Shown here: positions 19,317 through 30,330 of the stretch, piece after piece
How the letters are laid out: the number at the start of each line of letters is the position of its first letter
Numbering within the stretch: the first letter of the stretch is position 1
Source of the DNA: Bacteroidia bacterium
GTDB taxonomy: Bacteria > Bacteroidota > Bacteroidia > UBA10329
Reading direction: 5' to 3'
DNA length: 40,976 nucleotides
Assembly: GCA_047614525.1 (NCBI GenBank)
Contig: JBLHEU010000003.1
Span: 1 to 40,976, forward strand
The notes under the pieces: generated by a model
Told to the model about the DNA's origin: nothing
Database searches by the model: none
The model's input: only the letters and a program-made list of their open reading frames with translations
Program-made: the position numbers and the translations under genes

Positions 19317-19828
19317 TTTTGTAATGATTTCATTTGCTTTTTAGCCTTGGTAACCAAGGTTTGGCGTTGCTGCAAAATAATTACTTCTAAGTACAATTTG
19401 TATTCAGGAATGAGCGCTGGATTACGTTTGCAGATAAACTCCAACAAACGCATGCTGGCATTTTTAACTGCTGGTTTGGCGTAGGGTTTCCCTAATTCTT
19501 CAAAAGCATAAGTGGCAGCCAAACCATCATGCTCTGTCGGAAACTTACTGTGGCTCAAATACCAAATAGTCATCCACCGGAACCATTCATGAGGCGGGTC
19601 ATTCATTTTGCTTAAAAGCATCTCAATCTTCGGGAAAAGCAAAGACGGCTTCTTCTTAAACGTTTGTCCAAGAATAAAACCACTACGGTGGGCTATGTGT
19701 CCTTCTTCTCTATAAAATGAGTTAAAGACTTCTTCAAACACCTTGATGTCGGATGCTATGAAAGTTGATATGCTTTTAGACTTATCAGCGTCCCAGCGGT
19801 TGTAAAGAAGAGCGCGCCAGTCTTTCAT
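19301..19828 (-). CDS. Hypothetical alpha-helical (HEAT/ARM-like) protein
   Basis: 175-aa ORF overlapping both neighbours; amphipathic helical pattern. Confidence 0.6.
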   Translation of the reverse strand: MKDWRALLYNRWDADKSKSISTFIASDIKVFEEVFNSFYREEGHIAHRSGFILGQTFKKKPSLLFPKIEMLLSKMNDPPHEWFRWMTIWYLSHSKFPTEHDGLAATYAFEELGKPYAKPAVKNASMRLLEFICKRNPALIPEYKLYLEVIILQQRQTLVTKAKKQMKSLQKWEVD

Positions 19829-20802
19829 TCGTGTTTTCTATTGGCCAGCACATTGTCTAAAGTCCATTCAATGCGCTCTTGGTTTTCGGTACTTCTAATA
19901 CTACAGCTTGATTTGCTGCAAATTCTGCAAGAACTAGGGGCGCACGGGTCGGTATGAATGAACATTTCAACTCCTTCGGGATTACTGCCTTTTACTATTT
20001 GTTCAGCAGTTTCAATCTCAACATGAGCTTCTTCAACTGTGAGGTAGGAGGGAACCGTAATGTGGCAATCTATATGAATATTCTTGCCAAACTTTTGAGC
20101 TCTAAAGTTGTGTAAATCAATCAAGTTCTCTGTCCTGTTCAAGTTCAATTCAGTAATTAATTGTTTCAGTAAATCAAAATCAGCTTCATCCATAATCCCT
20201 GCAAACGATTTTCGAATTTCCTTTATTCCGATAAAGCCAATAAACACCCCAAACCCAAGTGCAATTGCACTATCAATCCACGCATATCCAGTTAGCAAGA
20301 CAATACCCAAACCGATTATCATTCCAAAGGAAGTGTAGCCATCGCTTTTAAGGTGTTTACCACTGGCAACCATGGTTGGAGACTTATATTTCTTGCCGTA
20401 GTTCTCGGTAATTATGCCAAGTACAAAATTTATTGCGCCAGCTCCACCCGCTAACCACATACCCGTATCCAATTCCATCAATTGATGTTCGGTAATCAAA
20501 CCTTCAACCGATTTGTAAACGATTCCTATGCCAGCAATTAGAATAAGCGTTCCTTCAATTCCTGCAGAAATGAATTCAATTTTGCCATGGCCATACGGAT
20601 GGTCTCTGTCTTTGGGTTTTGCAGCTAAAATGAGGCTGTATAAAGCAAATGTTCCTGCAACCACATTTACAATGCTCTCCATTGCATCGGAAAAAATGGT
20701 GTTGGAGTTTGTAAGTAGATAGGCAAGGAATTTAAGTCCAAGAATTATCACACCAGTGCCAACGGCAACCCACTGAAATCGTATGTGTTTTTTGTCTTTC
20801 AA
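19825..20802 (-). CDS. Cation diffusion facilitator family transporter
   Basis: SDAMESIVN, HPYGHGKIEF, HLKSD and HIDCH motifs; Cys-rich tail HTDPCAPSSCRICSKSSC. Confidence 0.93.
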   Translation of the reverse strand: MKDKKHIRFQWVAVGTGVIILGLKFLAYLLTNSNTIFSDAMESIVNVVAGTFALYSLILAAKPKDRDHPYGHGKIEFISAGIEGTLILIAGIGIVYKSVEGLITEHQLMELDTGMWLAGGAGAINFVLGIITENYGKKYKSPTMVASGKHLKSDGYTSFGMIIGLGIVLLTGYAWIDSAIALGFGVFIGFIGIKEIRKSFAGIMDEADFDLLKQLITELNLNRTENLIDLHNFRAQKFGKNIHIDCHITVPSYLTVEEAHVEIETAEQIVKGSNPEGVEMFIHTDPCAPSSCRICSKSSCSIRSTENQERIEWTLDNVLANRKHE

Positions 20803-20890
20803 ACCGAGAGACTAAGTTATATGATTACTGTTTTATCATTGGCCTACAAAAGTTAAGAGAGTTACCTAACTTTCGCGGCAACTTTACAGC

Positions 20891-21709
20891 ATGAAAAACA
20901 TAATTGTCCCCTTCGATTTTTCTCACAACTCAAGAAACGCACTAGAGTATAGTGCCCAATTTGCAAAACGTATGCAATCTGTTTTGCATATTTTTCATGC
21001 TTACGATAGGAGCGAGGTGCTGGAAGGTATAAAAGTTGCCACCACCATTTCGGCAATGGAAGACACACGAACAAAGATGATTCTCCAGTTTGATTTAGCT
21101 GAAGACCAAGTTAAATCTCACGTAATACAAGGTGAATTTATTGAGGAGATTATTCAATTTATTAAAGGAAATAAGGTAGACCTCATAGCTATTGGAACAA
21201 GAGGAGCTTCTGGTTTGCGTGAGTTACTAGTAGGCAGTAACACGGTTCAATTAATGCAAGAAGTTCGGGTAATTCCAATGTTGGTTGTTCCAGAAAAAGC
21301 AGACTTCAACCCACTTAGAAACATTCTTTTGTGCTCAGACCTTCATGAAATTGCCAATGATGATGCGTTAGACCTGGTGAAGGAGATTGCCATGGAATTT
21401 GAAGCCGATGTTCGTCTGGCTCACGTAGAAAAAGGCAGTGGTAACCCTACCTATGAAAAGGTGCTTGAAAAGAGGCGAGAAATGCACATTTTTGAACCAG
21501 AAGTAGATTGCACCTACAAGCGCATAATTGCAAAAGACATTGTAGAGGGTATTAAGTACTACATGGATAAAAAGAATGATAACGACATGGTTGCCATGGT
21601 TTATCGCACCCACTCATTCATTGAAACCATTTTTGGAAAGAATCATACCCACGAAATGGCTTACCACTCTACCGTGCCGTTGTTGGTTTTGCCAGAGGGA
21701 AAAGGTTAG
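20891..21709 (+). CDS. Tandem-domain universal stress protein
   Basis: KNIIVPFDFSHNS, DLIAIGTRGASGLRELLVGSNT and VPLLVLP motifs. Confidence 0.93.
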   Translation: MKNIIVPFDFSHNSRNALEYSAQFAKRMQSVLHIFHAYDRSEVLEGIKVATTISAMEDTRTKMILQFDLAEDQVKSHVIQGEFIEEIIQFIKGNKVDLIAIGTRGASGLRELLVGSNTVQLMQEVRVIPMLVVPEKADFNPLRNILLCSDLHEIANDDALDLVKEIAMEFEADVRLAHVEKGSGNPTYEKVLEKRREMHIFEPEVDCTYKRIIAKDIVEGIKYYMDKKNDNDMVAMVYRTHSFIETIFGKNHTHEMAYHSTVPLLVLPEGKG

Positions 21710-21766
21710 AACTCTATTCGCATACTATTTATTGATTCGTCTCGCTTGCCAGCAAAACGCTCACTC

Positions 21767-22180
21767 ATGCAACAATCCTTATCAATCCTATTTCTAGCGG
21801 CTGTTCTTTTTGCAAGCTGCGATAGACCTGATTGCACCAACGCAAATCAAGTATTTAGTACTAACAAACCAAACTCAAACCAATACGTGCTAGAGTTGGC
21901 CAAGCAGCTGAAATCTGTTGACCAAAGCAAAAGGACATATTGGATTAAGGCGTACGAGAAGATTGAAGCCAAGGAGTATCTCAATATCTACATTCAGGGT
22001 GATGGTCTCTGTGCTCAAACCAGGTTATTGGTTGAAGACTGGTCCAACCTTGAGTTTCTTCATAAGGCAGAAGGGAAGGGGTATATCGGTGCCGAAATTC
22101 AAAACCTAAGGTTGGAGTTGAGAATAGAAGAGGAAACATCATGTTTGGTGTATGTTTCTCATGATGCCATATTAGATTGA
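21767..22180 (+). CDS. Hypothetical lipoprotein
   Basis: Probable ATG at 21767; lipobox FASC followed by DRPDC. Confidence 0.65.
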   Translation: MQQSLSILFLAAVLFASCDRPDCTNANQVFSTNKPNSNQYVLELAKQLKSVDQSKRTYWIKAYEKIEAKEYLNIYIQGDGLCAQTRLLVEDWSNLEFLHKAEGKGYIGAEIQNLRLELRIEEETSCLVYVSHDAILD

Positions 22181-22274
22181 TTTCCTGTTTGTTTTGAGTA
22201 CTGCCTTACAGTACTTGGTTGATAATTTACGGTAATGGGGGAGTTTTGTTATATTCGTTTCAAATTTAACCCCC

Positions 22275-22748
22275 ATGGAAAACGAAGCCGCTCAGTCTGA
22301 GGCAGTAGAACCAACACCTCAACCACAATTGGTAATTGACAAGCATATTGCTGTATACCTGATGGAAACCTGTAAGTGGGGTAAGTTCCTCGCAATTATG
22401 GGATTTGTTGGAGTTGGCTTTATGGTGGTAATTGGGCTGTTGATGATGACAGTGCTTTCATCCTTCATGTCCCAAGAAGCCAACATGCCTTTTCCAGCAG
22501 GGCTTTTGGGAGGTTTCTATCTTTTAATCGCGGTAGGTTACTTTTTCCCATCATTATACCTGCTCAATTTTTCTAACAAAACTAAGCTTGGTCTCAACTC
22601 AATGTCTCAAATCGCCATGACAGAGGCTTTTTCCAATCTTAAATCTTTATTCAAGTTTATGGGAGTATCCATCGTAGTTGTGCTTGTAATTTATGGGCTA
22701 ATACTCCTTGGTTCTATTGCTGTAGGAATAGCAGCAGGTTTAGGATAA
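22275..22748 (+). CDS. DUF5362-like membrane protein
   Basis: KWGKFLAIMGF, YFFPSLYLLNFS and LKSLFKFMG motifs; three TM segments. Confidence 0.8.
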   Translation: MENEAAQSEAVEPTPQPQLVIDKHIAVYLMETCKWGKFLAIMGFVGVGFMVVIGLLMMTVLSSFMSQEANMPFPAGLLGGFYLLIAVGYFFPSLYLLNFSNKTKLGLNSMSQIAMTEAFSNLKSLFKFMGVSIVVVLVIYGLILLGSIAVGIAAGLG

Positions 22749-22831
22749 GGTTAGTTGTTCTAACTTCTAGATGGCGCGTGTTCTTAGAGCCCGCCCTACG
22801 TATTTCATCATCCAAAAAGAGGCTGGTTTAT

Positions 22832-23121
22832 AAGCTTCGCAACGGTTGGTTATAAGAGTACAAAGGCTTTTTGGTGAAAGTAGAAAAAGGACGAAAAGCA
22901 TCTACATCTACAACAAGGAACATGTCCCCTTGCCGGAAAAGAAATACACGCACTTACGGCTTTCAGAGCAAGCAGAATGGATGTAATACTTTAATAAAAA
23001 GAAGACAGAGGCCAATGCGCTACAGTCTGATATTGATAGAATTAATATAGAGATAAACCAAATGGTTTATCAGCTTTATGGGCTGAGTGAGTAGGGAATA
23101 GCTATAGTAGAAAAGACCTAG
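22832..23121 (+). pseudogene. Decayed C-terminal tail of a type IIG (Eco57I/TaqI-C-like) restriction-modification enzyme
   Basis: Reads KLRNGWL*EYKGFLVKVEKGRKA, then after a frameshift LRLSEQAEWM*YFNKKKTEANALQSDIDRINIEINQMVYQLYGLSE*GIAIVEKT*. This matches the EIDxMVYxLYGLxxEEIxIVE tail, with internal stops. Confidence 0.8.
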
Positions 23122-23145
23122 TAGGTTTTAAAACCTACTAGGTCT
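23114..23145. repeat. Perfect 32-bp REP-like palindrome (family A)
   Basis: AGACCTAGTAGGTTTTAAAACCTACTAGGTCT equals its own reverse complement. Confidence 0.8.
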
Positions 23146-23161
23146 CGTTAAACCAGAGTGC

Positions 23162-24838
<1,677 letters not shown>

Positions 24839-25137
24839 TTATATTCCTGAAAGGAGGAGGCGTAGCATACAACCCTAAAACCTGTTTTGCTGAGAACGAA
24901 GTAGAGCAGGAAGATGATTTTGAACCTGGTGTTGAAGCCAAGGTTAAAACCAAGTATATCGCTATTTGCCCAAATCAATAAAAGCCATCATACATAAAAT
25001 CTTAAGATATTCAAAAACAGTTATATAAGTAATATTACTTCAAGTATTTTTTTAATATTAATATGCTTAAAAAAACCCTAATTATTTGTAAATTAAGGCT
25101 TCGTACACCTTAATTCTAGTCGTAGTTTTGCACTCCA

Positions 25138-26538
25138 ATGGAGACAAAAACGGATAATGAAAATAGCATACCGGAATCACTTTCGTTACCACCAGATGCC
25201 AAAGGCGGGTGGCCAATAGGTAGTGCTCGGTTGTTTGCAAATGACCCAATTGCATATTGCGAAAAGCAGATTCCTGAGTTTGGAGTCATCTTCCAATTAA
25301 AGTCTGTTTTCTTTCGCTTTATTCCTGATTTTCATGGTGTTATGATTCTCTCTGACCCTGACATGATTAAACACGTTATGCAGGTAAATAATAAGAACTA
25401 CGTAAAGAGCCGTGCATACAAGGTGCTTGCAGTACTCTTGGGCGAAGGGCTATTGACCAGCGAAGGTAATTTTTGGAGAAAGCAGCGAAGATTGATGCAG
25501 CCAGCCTTCCACAGAGATAGATTAGCATCGTTGGTTCATATTAAAACGAATGCCGGTCAGGCATTAGTAGACAAATGGGCAAAACTTAGCGATGGTACGG
25601 AGGTAGATGTTTCAGTTGATATGATGGAGATGACACTAGATATTGTTTGTCAGGCCATGTTTAGTAGCGATGTGGGAGATGCAATTGACGTGGTACATCA
25701 AGAATTTGATAAAGCAAATGAAAACCTCATTAAGCGGGTAATTAATCCATTCCCGTTGCCATTTTGGCTTCCATTACCAAGCATTAGAGATGAGAAACGT
25801 GGCTATGATGCCATCAAGCAAGTAGTGGCGGACATCATTGCAAAAAGAAGAAATTCAACCCAAAATTACGATGACCTTTTGGCCATGTTGATGGAGGTGG
25901 AAGATGCTGATACGCACGAAAAAATGAGTAATCAGCAAATTCAGGACGAGGTTATAACCATCTTTTTAGCTGGTCATGAAACCACTGCTGTGGCGCTTAC
26001 TTGGCTGATGCATTGCTTAGACGAAAACCCAGAAGTTGAGCAGAAATTATTGGATGAAGAAAAAGCAGTATTAAACGGAAGAATCCCAAAGCTTGAAGAT
26101 TTAAAAGCATTGGAATACACCAAAATGGTAATTGATGAAACACTGCGTTTGTATCCGCCAGCTTGGGTTATTGGCAGGCGTGCTTTAGAAGAAGACCAAA
26201 TTGGAGGGTATCGTATACCAAAACACACCAATTGTCTGCTCCCTGTTTATTACGTGCATCGAGACCCAAAATACTGGGATGAGCCATTAAAGTTTAAGCC
26301 AGAAAGGTTTAATGCTGAGAACTCAAAAGGAAGGCACAAATTTGTCTATTTCCCCTTTGGTGGAGGACCAAGGCTTTGCATTGGCAACAACTTTGCACTT
26401 ATGGAAATGCAATTAATTGTTCCTATGCTGGTGCGTGCATTAGGCCTTAAAAAGGCTGCGAATTTTGAGTTTAAAAAGGAGCCGTTAATTACCATGCGTC
26501 CTTCGCCCCACATGAAAATGATTATTAACAAGCGATAA
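25138..26538 (+). CDS. Cytochrome P450
   Basis: I-helix AGHETT, ETLR, PERF and heme motif FGGGPRLCIG. TAGTTTTG promoter element at 25123-25130. Confidence 0.97.
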   Translation: METKTDNENSIPESLSLPPDAKGGWPIGSARLFANDPIAYCEKQIPEFGVIFQLKSVFFRFIPDFHGVMILSDPDMIKHVMQVNNKNYVKSRAYKVLAVLLGEGLLTSEGNFWRKQRRLMQPAFHRDRLASLVHIKTNAGQALVDKWAKLSDGTEVDVSVDMMEMTLDIVCQAMFSSDVGDAIDVVHQEFDKANENLIKRVINPFPLPFWLPLPSIRDEKRGYDAIKQVVADIIAKRRNSTQNYDDLLAMLMEVEDADTHEKMSNQQIQDEVITIFLAGHETTAVALTWLMHCLDENPEVEQKLLDEEKAVLNGRIPKLEDLKALEYTKMVIDETLRLYPPAWVIGRRALEEDQIGGYRIPKHTNCLLPVYYVHRDPKYWDEPLKFKPERFNAENSKGRHKFVYFPFGGGPRLCIGNNFALMEMQLIVPMLVRALGLKKAANFEFKKEPLITMRPSPHMKMIINKR

Positions 26539-26601
26539 CACTTGTTCACAATCTGAGCCTTGCGGCAGCCTTTTGGCAAAAAATGTACGTACTTTTGCAA
26601 A

Positions 26602-28143
26602 TTGGAATCAAACGAACAAATACCAGCAGAACCCGCTCCAGTGGTTGTAGAGAAAAAACAACTCTACGGTTATCAGGAAAATGCACTCAATCGAATTTTT
26701 GGTCGATTAGACGCTAAAGAAAAACCGTTTAACCTGCTTTTTCAACTTCCTACCGGTGGTGGCAAGACTGTCATTTTCTCCGAAATTGCTAGAAAATATA
26801 CTCAGCAAACAGGGAAGAAGGTGATGATCCTGACGCACAGAATAGAGTTGTGCGGACAAACATCTCGAATGTTAGACGCATTTGAGGTTAAGAATAAGGT
26901 GATTACCAGCGATGTAAAAGACCTACCAGACAAAGACGAATTTCAGTGCTTTGTTGCTATGGTTGAAACGCTTAATAATCGCCTTAACGAAAAGGCTTTT
27001 GAGATTGATGACATTGGGCTTTTAATCATTGATGAAGCGCATTATAACTCATTTGGAAAACTATTAAAGTTCTTTGATAAGAGTACCATTTTGGGAGTAA
27101 CGGCTACACCTTTGAGCTCAAACATTAACCTCCCAATGAATGAGAATTATGATGAGCTTTTAGTTGGCGAGTCTATCGAGTCTCTTATAGAAATGAACTA
27201 TTTGGCCAGGGCCAATACTTACTCGTACGACCTGAACTTAAGTTCTCTCAACATTGGTATCAATGGAGATTATACCGTTCGCTCTTCTGAAGAATTGTAT
27301 TCAGACTACGCAATGCAAAACCGTCTTTTGGGTGCGTACCAAGACCATTCTCTCGGCAAGAAAACACTGATTTTTAACAACGGAATAAAAACGTCTAGAA
27401 ACGTTTGTGCTACGTTTGAAAATGCGGGATATGCCGTCAAGCATCTTGACAATAAGAATACTGCAGTTGAACGAAGAGACATTCTTCTGTGGTTCAAGGA
27501 AACCCCAGATGCCATTCTTACATCTGTTGGTATTCTTACAACAGGTTTTGACGAACCTACTGTTGATACCATTATTCTAAATAGAGCAACACGTTCGTTG
27601 ACGCTCTATTTCCAGATGATTGGGCGTGGTTCTAGAATTCTAAAAGACAAGAGACATTTCAGCGTAATTGACCTTGGAAACAACCTAGCGAGGTTTGGCC
27701 TTTGGGAAGAACACGTTAATTGGGAACACATCTTCCGTAATCCTGATATGCACTTGACAACTATTCGGTCTGATGAAGAAATTCAGCGCGAATTCAAGTA
27801 TAAAATGCCTGAGGAAATTCGGGAGAAATTCAGTAAATCTGAATCAATTGATTTCATTATTGTTGATGTTTATGAAGAAACACTGAAAGCAGGAAAGCGT
27901 CCTAAGGAAGTGATTGAATTATCGTTGGAACAGCATTGTCAAATGTGTATGGATAATTCGGAAACATTGCAAGAAGCGAAAAAGTTAGCCACGCTTTTGA
28001 ATGATGAAGTTGAATACCGAACTAGGAAATACAGTCATTGCTTAGCTAAAACCACCAACAGCTACATGAAGTGGCTGCATGATGAGTATATGCGTAAATT
28101 GAATGTAAAACTCATTCAAAAGTATCAAGTAACCTTTATTTAA
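26602..28143 (+). CDS. SF2 DEAH-box helicase (ResIII/RadD-like)
   Basis: PTGGGKT, DEAH, TATP, TTGFD and QMIGRGSR motifs. Probable TTG start at 26602, just after TACTTTTG. Confidence 0.9.
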   Translation: MESNEQIPAEPAPVVVEKKQLYGYQENALNRIFGRLDAKEKPFNLLFQLPTGGGKTVIFSEIARKYTQQTGKKVMILTHRIELCGQTSRMLDAFEVKNKVITSDVKDLPDKDEFQCFVAMVETLNNRLNEKAFEIDDIGLLIIDEAHYNSFGKLLKFFDKSTILGVTATPLSSNINLPMNENYDELLVGESIESLIEMNYLARANTYSYDLNLSSLNIGINGDYTVRSSEELYSDYAMQNRLLGAYQDHSLGKKTLIFNNGIKTSRNVCATFENAGYAVKHLDNKNTAVERRDILLWFKETPDAILTSVGILTTGFDEPTVDTIILNRATRSLTLYFQMIGRGSRILKDKRHFSVIDLGNNLARFGLWEEHVNWEHIFRNPDMHLTTIRSDEEIQREFKYKMPEEIREKFSKSESIDFIIVDVYEETLKAGKRPKEVIELSLEQHCQMCMDNSETLQEAKKLATLLNDEVEYRTRKYSHCLAKTTNSYMKWLHDEYMRKLNVKLIQKYQVTFI

Positions 28144-28149
28144 TCCGTT

Positions 28150-28890
28150 TTGAGTGCAGTAGTTAGACCTTCTGAGCAGATTTACGAGAATTACACACAA
28201 GAGGATTTTGCAGTTTGGAAAACGCTGTATAATCGCCAAAGCGAGCTTTTGCAAAAGTTCGCTTCTCAAGAATTCTTGAGCGCGCTTAAACTCATTGATT
28301 TTACTTCTGATAAGATTCCTGATTTTAAGCGCATAAAAGCAGCTTTGCAACCTCTAACTGGTTGGCAATTAGAAACCGTTCCAAACATTAGTGAGCAAAA
28401 GGAATTCTTCCAGTTTCTATCTGAAAAGAAGTTTACCGCCACATGCTGGCTCCGTAAGATGGAACAGCTTGATTATTTAGAAGAACCAGACATGTTTCAT
28501 GATGTGTTTGGACATGTACCGCTTCTGAGCAATAAAGCCTACACAAGCTTTTTTGAAGCCATCAGTCATATTGCCATAGAGTATATAGATAACCCCAAAG
28601 TAATTGAGCTGTTGGGGCGTGTTTATTGGTTTACCATTGAGTTTGGCCTTATTCGCGAAAACGATAAGCTTAGAATTTATGGCGCAGGAATAATCTCATC
28701 TTCTGCTGAAACTGAAAACTGTTTGTCTGACGCTACAGCGAAGCACGATTTTAATGTTAATCAGATTTTGAACACTTCGTTTAGAACCGATGTTACTCAA
28801 GACAAGTATTTTGTGATTGAATCCTATGAGCAATTGTACGAGTCAATTCCAGAAATTAGAATTCAACTACAAAAGAATCTTTCGGCCTGA
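28150..28890 (+). CDS. phhA: Phenylalanine 4-monooxygenase
   Basis: YLEEPDMFHDVFGHVPLL, YWFTIEFGL and IYGAGIISS motifs. Confidence 0.95.
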   Translation: MSAVVRPSEQIYENYTQEDFAVWKTLYNRQSELLQKFASQEFLSALKLIDFTSDKIPDFKRIKAALQPLTGWQLETVPNISEQKEFFQFLSEKKFTATCWLRKMEQLDYLEEPDMFHDVFGHVPLLSNKAYTSFFEAISHIAIEYIDNPKVIELLGRVYWFTIEFGLIRENDKLRIYGAGIISSSAETENCLSDATAKHDFNVNQILNTSFRTDVTQDKYFVIESYEQLYESIPEIRIQLQKNLSA

Positions 28891-28922
28891 AAGGCTATCA
28901 AACCCCTATCAAGTATAAAACT

Positions 28923-29903
28923 ATGAGCAAACCCGCCTTTTATAACGACCTTTCAATACCCGTAGTAGCTGCACCAATGTTTCTGATTTCTGGTCCTGAA
29001 ATAGTAATTGAATGCTGCAAGAATGGAGTGATAGGAACGTTTCCTGCTCTTAATCAAAGAACAACCGAGGGGTTTGAAGAATGGGTTGTAGAGATTAAAG
29101 AAGCATTGGCTGCTTTTGAGGAAGAAACGGGTAAAAAGGCTGCTCCTTATGGAGTAAACCTCATCGTACATCAAACCAATCCTAGAGTTCAAGCAGACCT
29201 TGAAATTTGTGTCAAACATCAGGTTCCAATCATCATCACATCATTAGGCGCAGTATCTCAATTGGTTGATGCTGTGCATAGCTATGGTGGACTTGTTTGG
29301 CATGATGTAATTAAGAAGCGCCATGCAGAAAAAGCTGCTGAAGCCGGAGTTGACGGATTGATATTAGTAGCTGCTGGAGCCGGGGGGCATGCAGGTACAT
29401 TGAACCCAATGCCTTTTGTTCAAGAAATTAGAGGGTTCTTTGATAAAACGATTCTATTAGCTGGTTGCATAAGCAACGGGCAAGACGTAGCTTCTGCAAT
29501 GCAGATGGGGGCTGATTTTGCTTGGATTGGCACACGCTTTATCAATACCACAGAAAGCAGAGCAAGCGAAGGTTATAGAGATATGATTATATCAAGTGGT
29601 GCCAGCGATATTGTACATACTGCAGCTGTATCTGGCGTAGCCGCAAACTTTCTAAGACCAAGTTTAGAAGCCATGGGTATCACCCAAGAAATGTGGGATA
29701 AAAAAGCCAAGATGGACTTCGGTAAAGAAATGGACGCGGCTCAAGCAGAAGCTAAAGCTTGGAAAACGCTGTGGTCTGCTGGCCAGGGTGTTACCACTAT
29801 TCATGATAATGTTACTGTTTCAGACTTGGTTTCAAGGCTAAAGGCTGAATTTGTTTCAGCGCTTGAAAGCCAAAGTAAACTGCTTGAAAAGTATTCTTCT
29901 TAG
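28923..29903 (+). CDS. Nitronate monooxygenase family flavoprotein
   Basis: PVVAAPMFLISG, GAGGHAG, GADFAWIGTRF and WSAGQG motifs. Confidence 0.92.
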   Translation: MSKPAFYNDLSIPVVAAPMFLISGPEIVIECCKNGVIGTFPALNQRTTEGFEEWVVEIKEALAAFEEETGKKAAPYGVNLIVHQTNPRVQADLEICVKHQVPIIITSLGAVSQLVDAVHSYGGLVWHDVIKKRHAEKAAEAGVDGLILVAAGAGGHAGTLNPMPFVQEIRGFFDKTILLAGCISNGQDVASAMQMGADFAWIGTRFINTTESRASEGYRDMIISSGASDIVHTAAVSGVAANFLRPSLEAMGITQEMWDKKAKMDFGKEMDAAQAEAKAWKTLWSAGQGVTTIHDNVTVSDLVSRLKAEFVSALESQSKLLEKYSS

Positions 29904-30330
29904 GAGCTGCATAAACTGACGTTGAGGCATTTCACCTGCTTACTTTCTGTAAAAAAAACATTTTGCGTAAGACTGAAGCTTAATTAATTGAATTATCTCA
30001 ATCTGAGTTTCTATACTGCAGAATAGGGCCATGACTTCAGTCAAATCCCGTCTCAAGGATAGGGTAACGTGTAGAAATAGAGAAAATCAACACCTCTAAA
30101 TCAACCTATAAATTAGTCGAAGGTCATTTTACCTGTACACCAAGAGGAAAGATTGCTGCCAAGGAAGGGGGGAGTTGATACGTGCTTCGTTAGCTGATTC
30201 TTCTCCTTTACACTAGATAAAATAAGAGATTCAGATATTTATCTGTAAGTAATTCTCTTAGAAGTGGGGTGTATTCAGAATTTCTCCATCTTTGTTTTTC
30301 AACTAGGAACACAAATGTGAATCTAGACCG

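Noticed and set aside
22836-22862. GCAACGGTTGGTTATAAG resembling the start of a Flavo-1/attC-like repeat
   Set aside because: No complementary arm was found, and the stretch is explained as coding remnant (KLRNGWL) of the R-M pseudogene.
26602-28143. Helicase as a type III restriction or defence subunit
   Set aside because: There is no adjacent methyltransferase or recognisable nuclease motif, and the neighbours are metabolic genes.
30008-30077. Hammerhead ribozyme or known riboswitch
   Set aside because: I found no CUGANGA/GAAA core and no TPP, cobalamin, SAM, fluoride or c-di-GMP consensus on either strand. It is kept only as an unclassified candidate.
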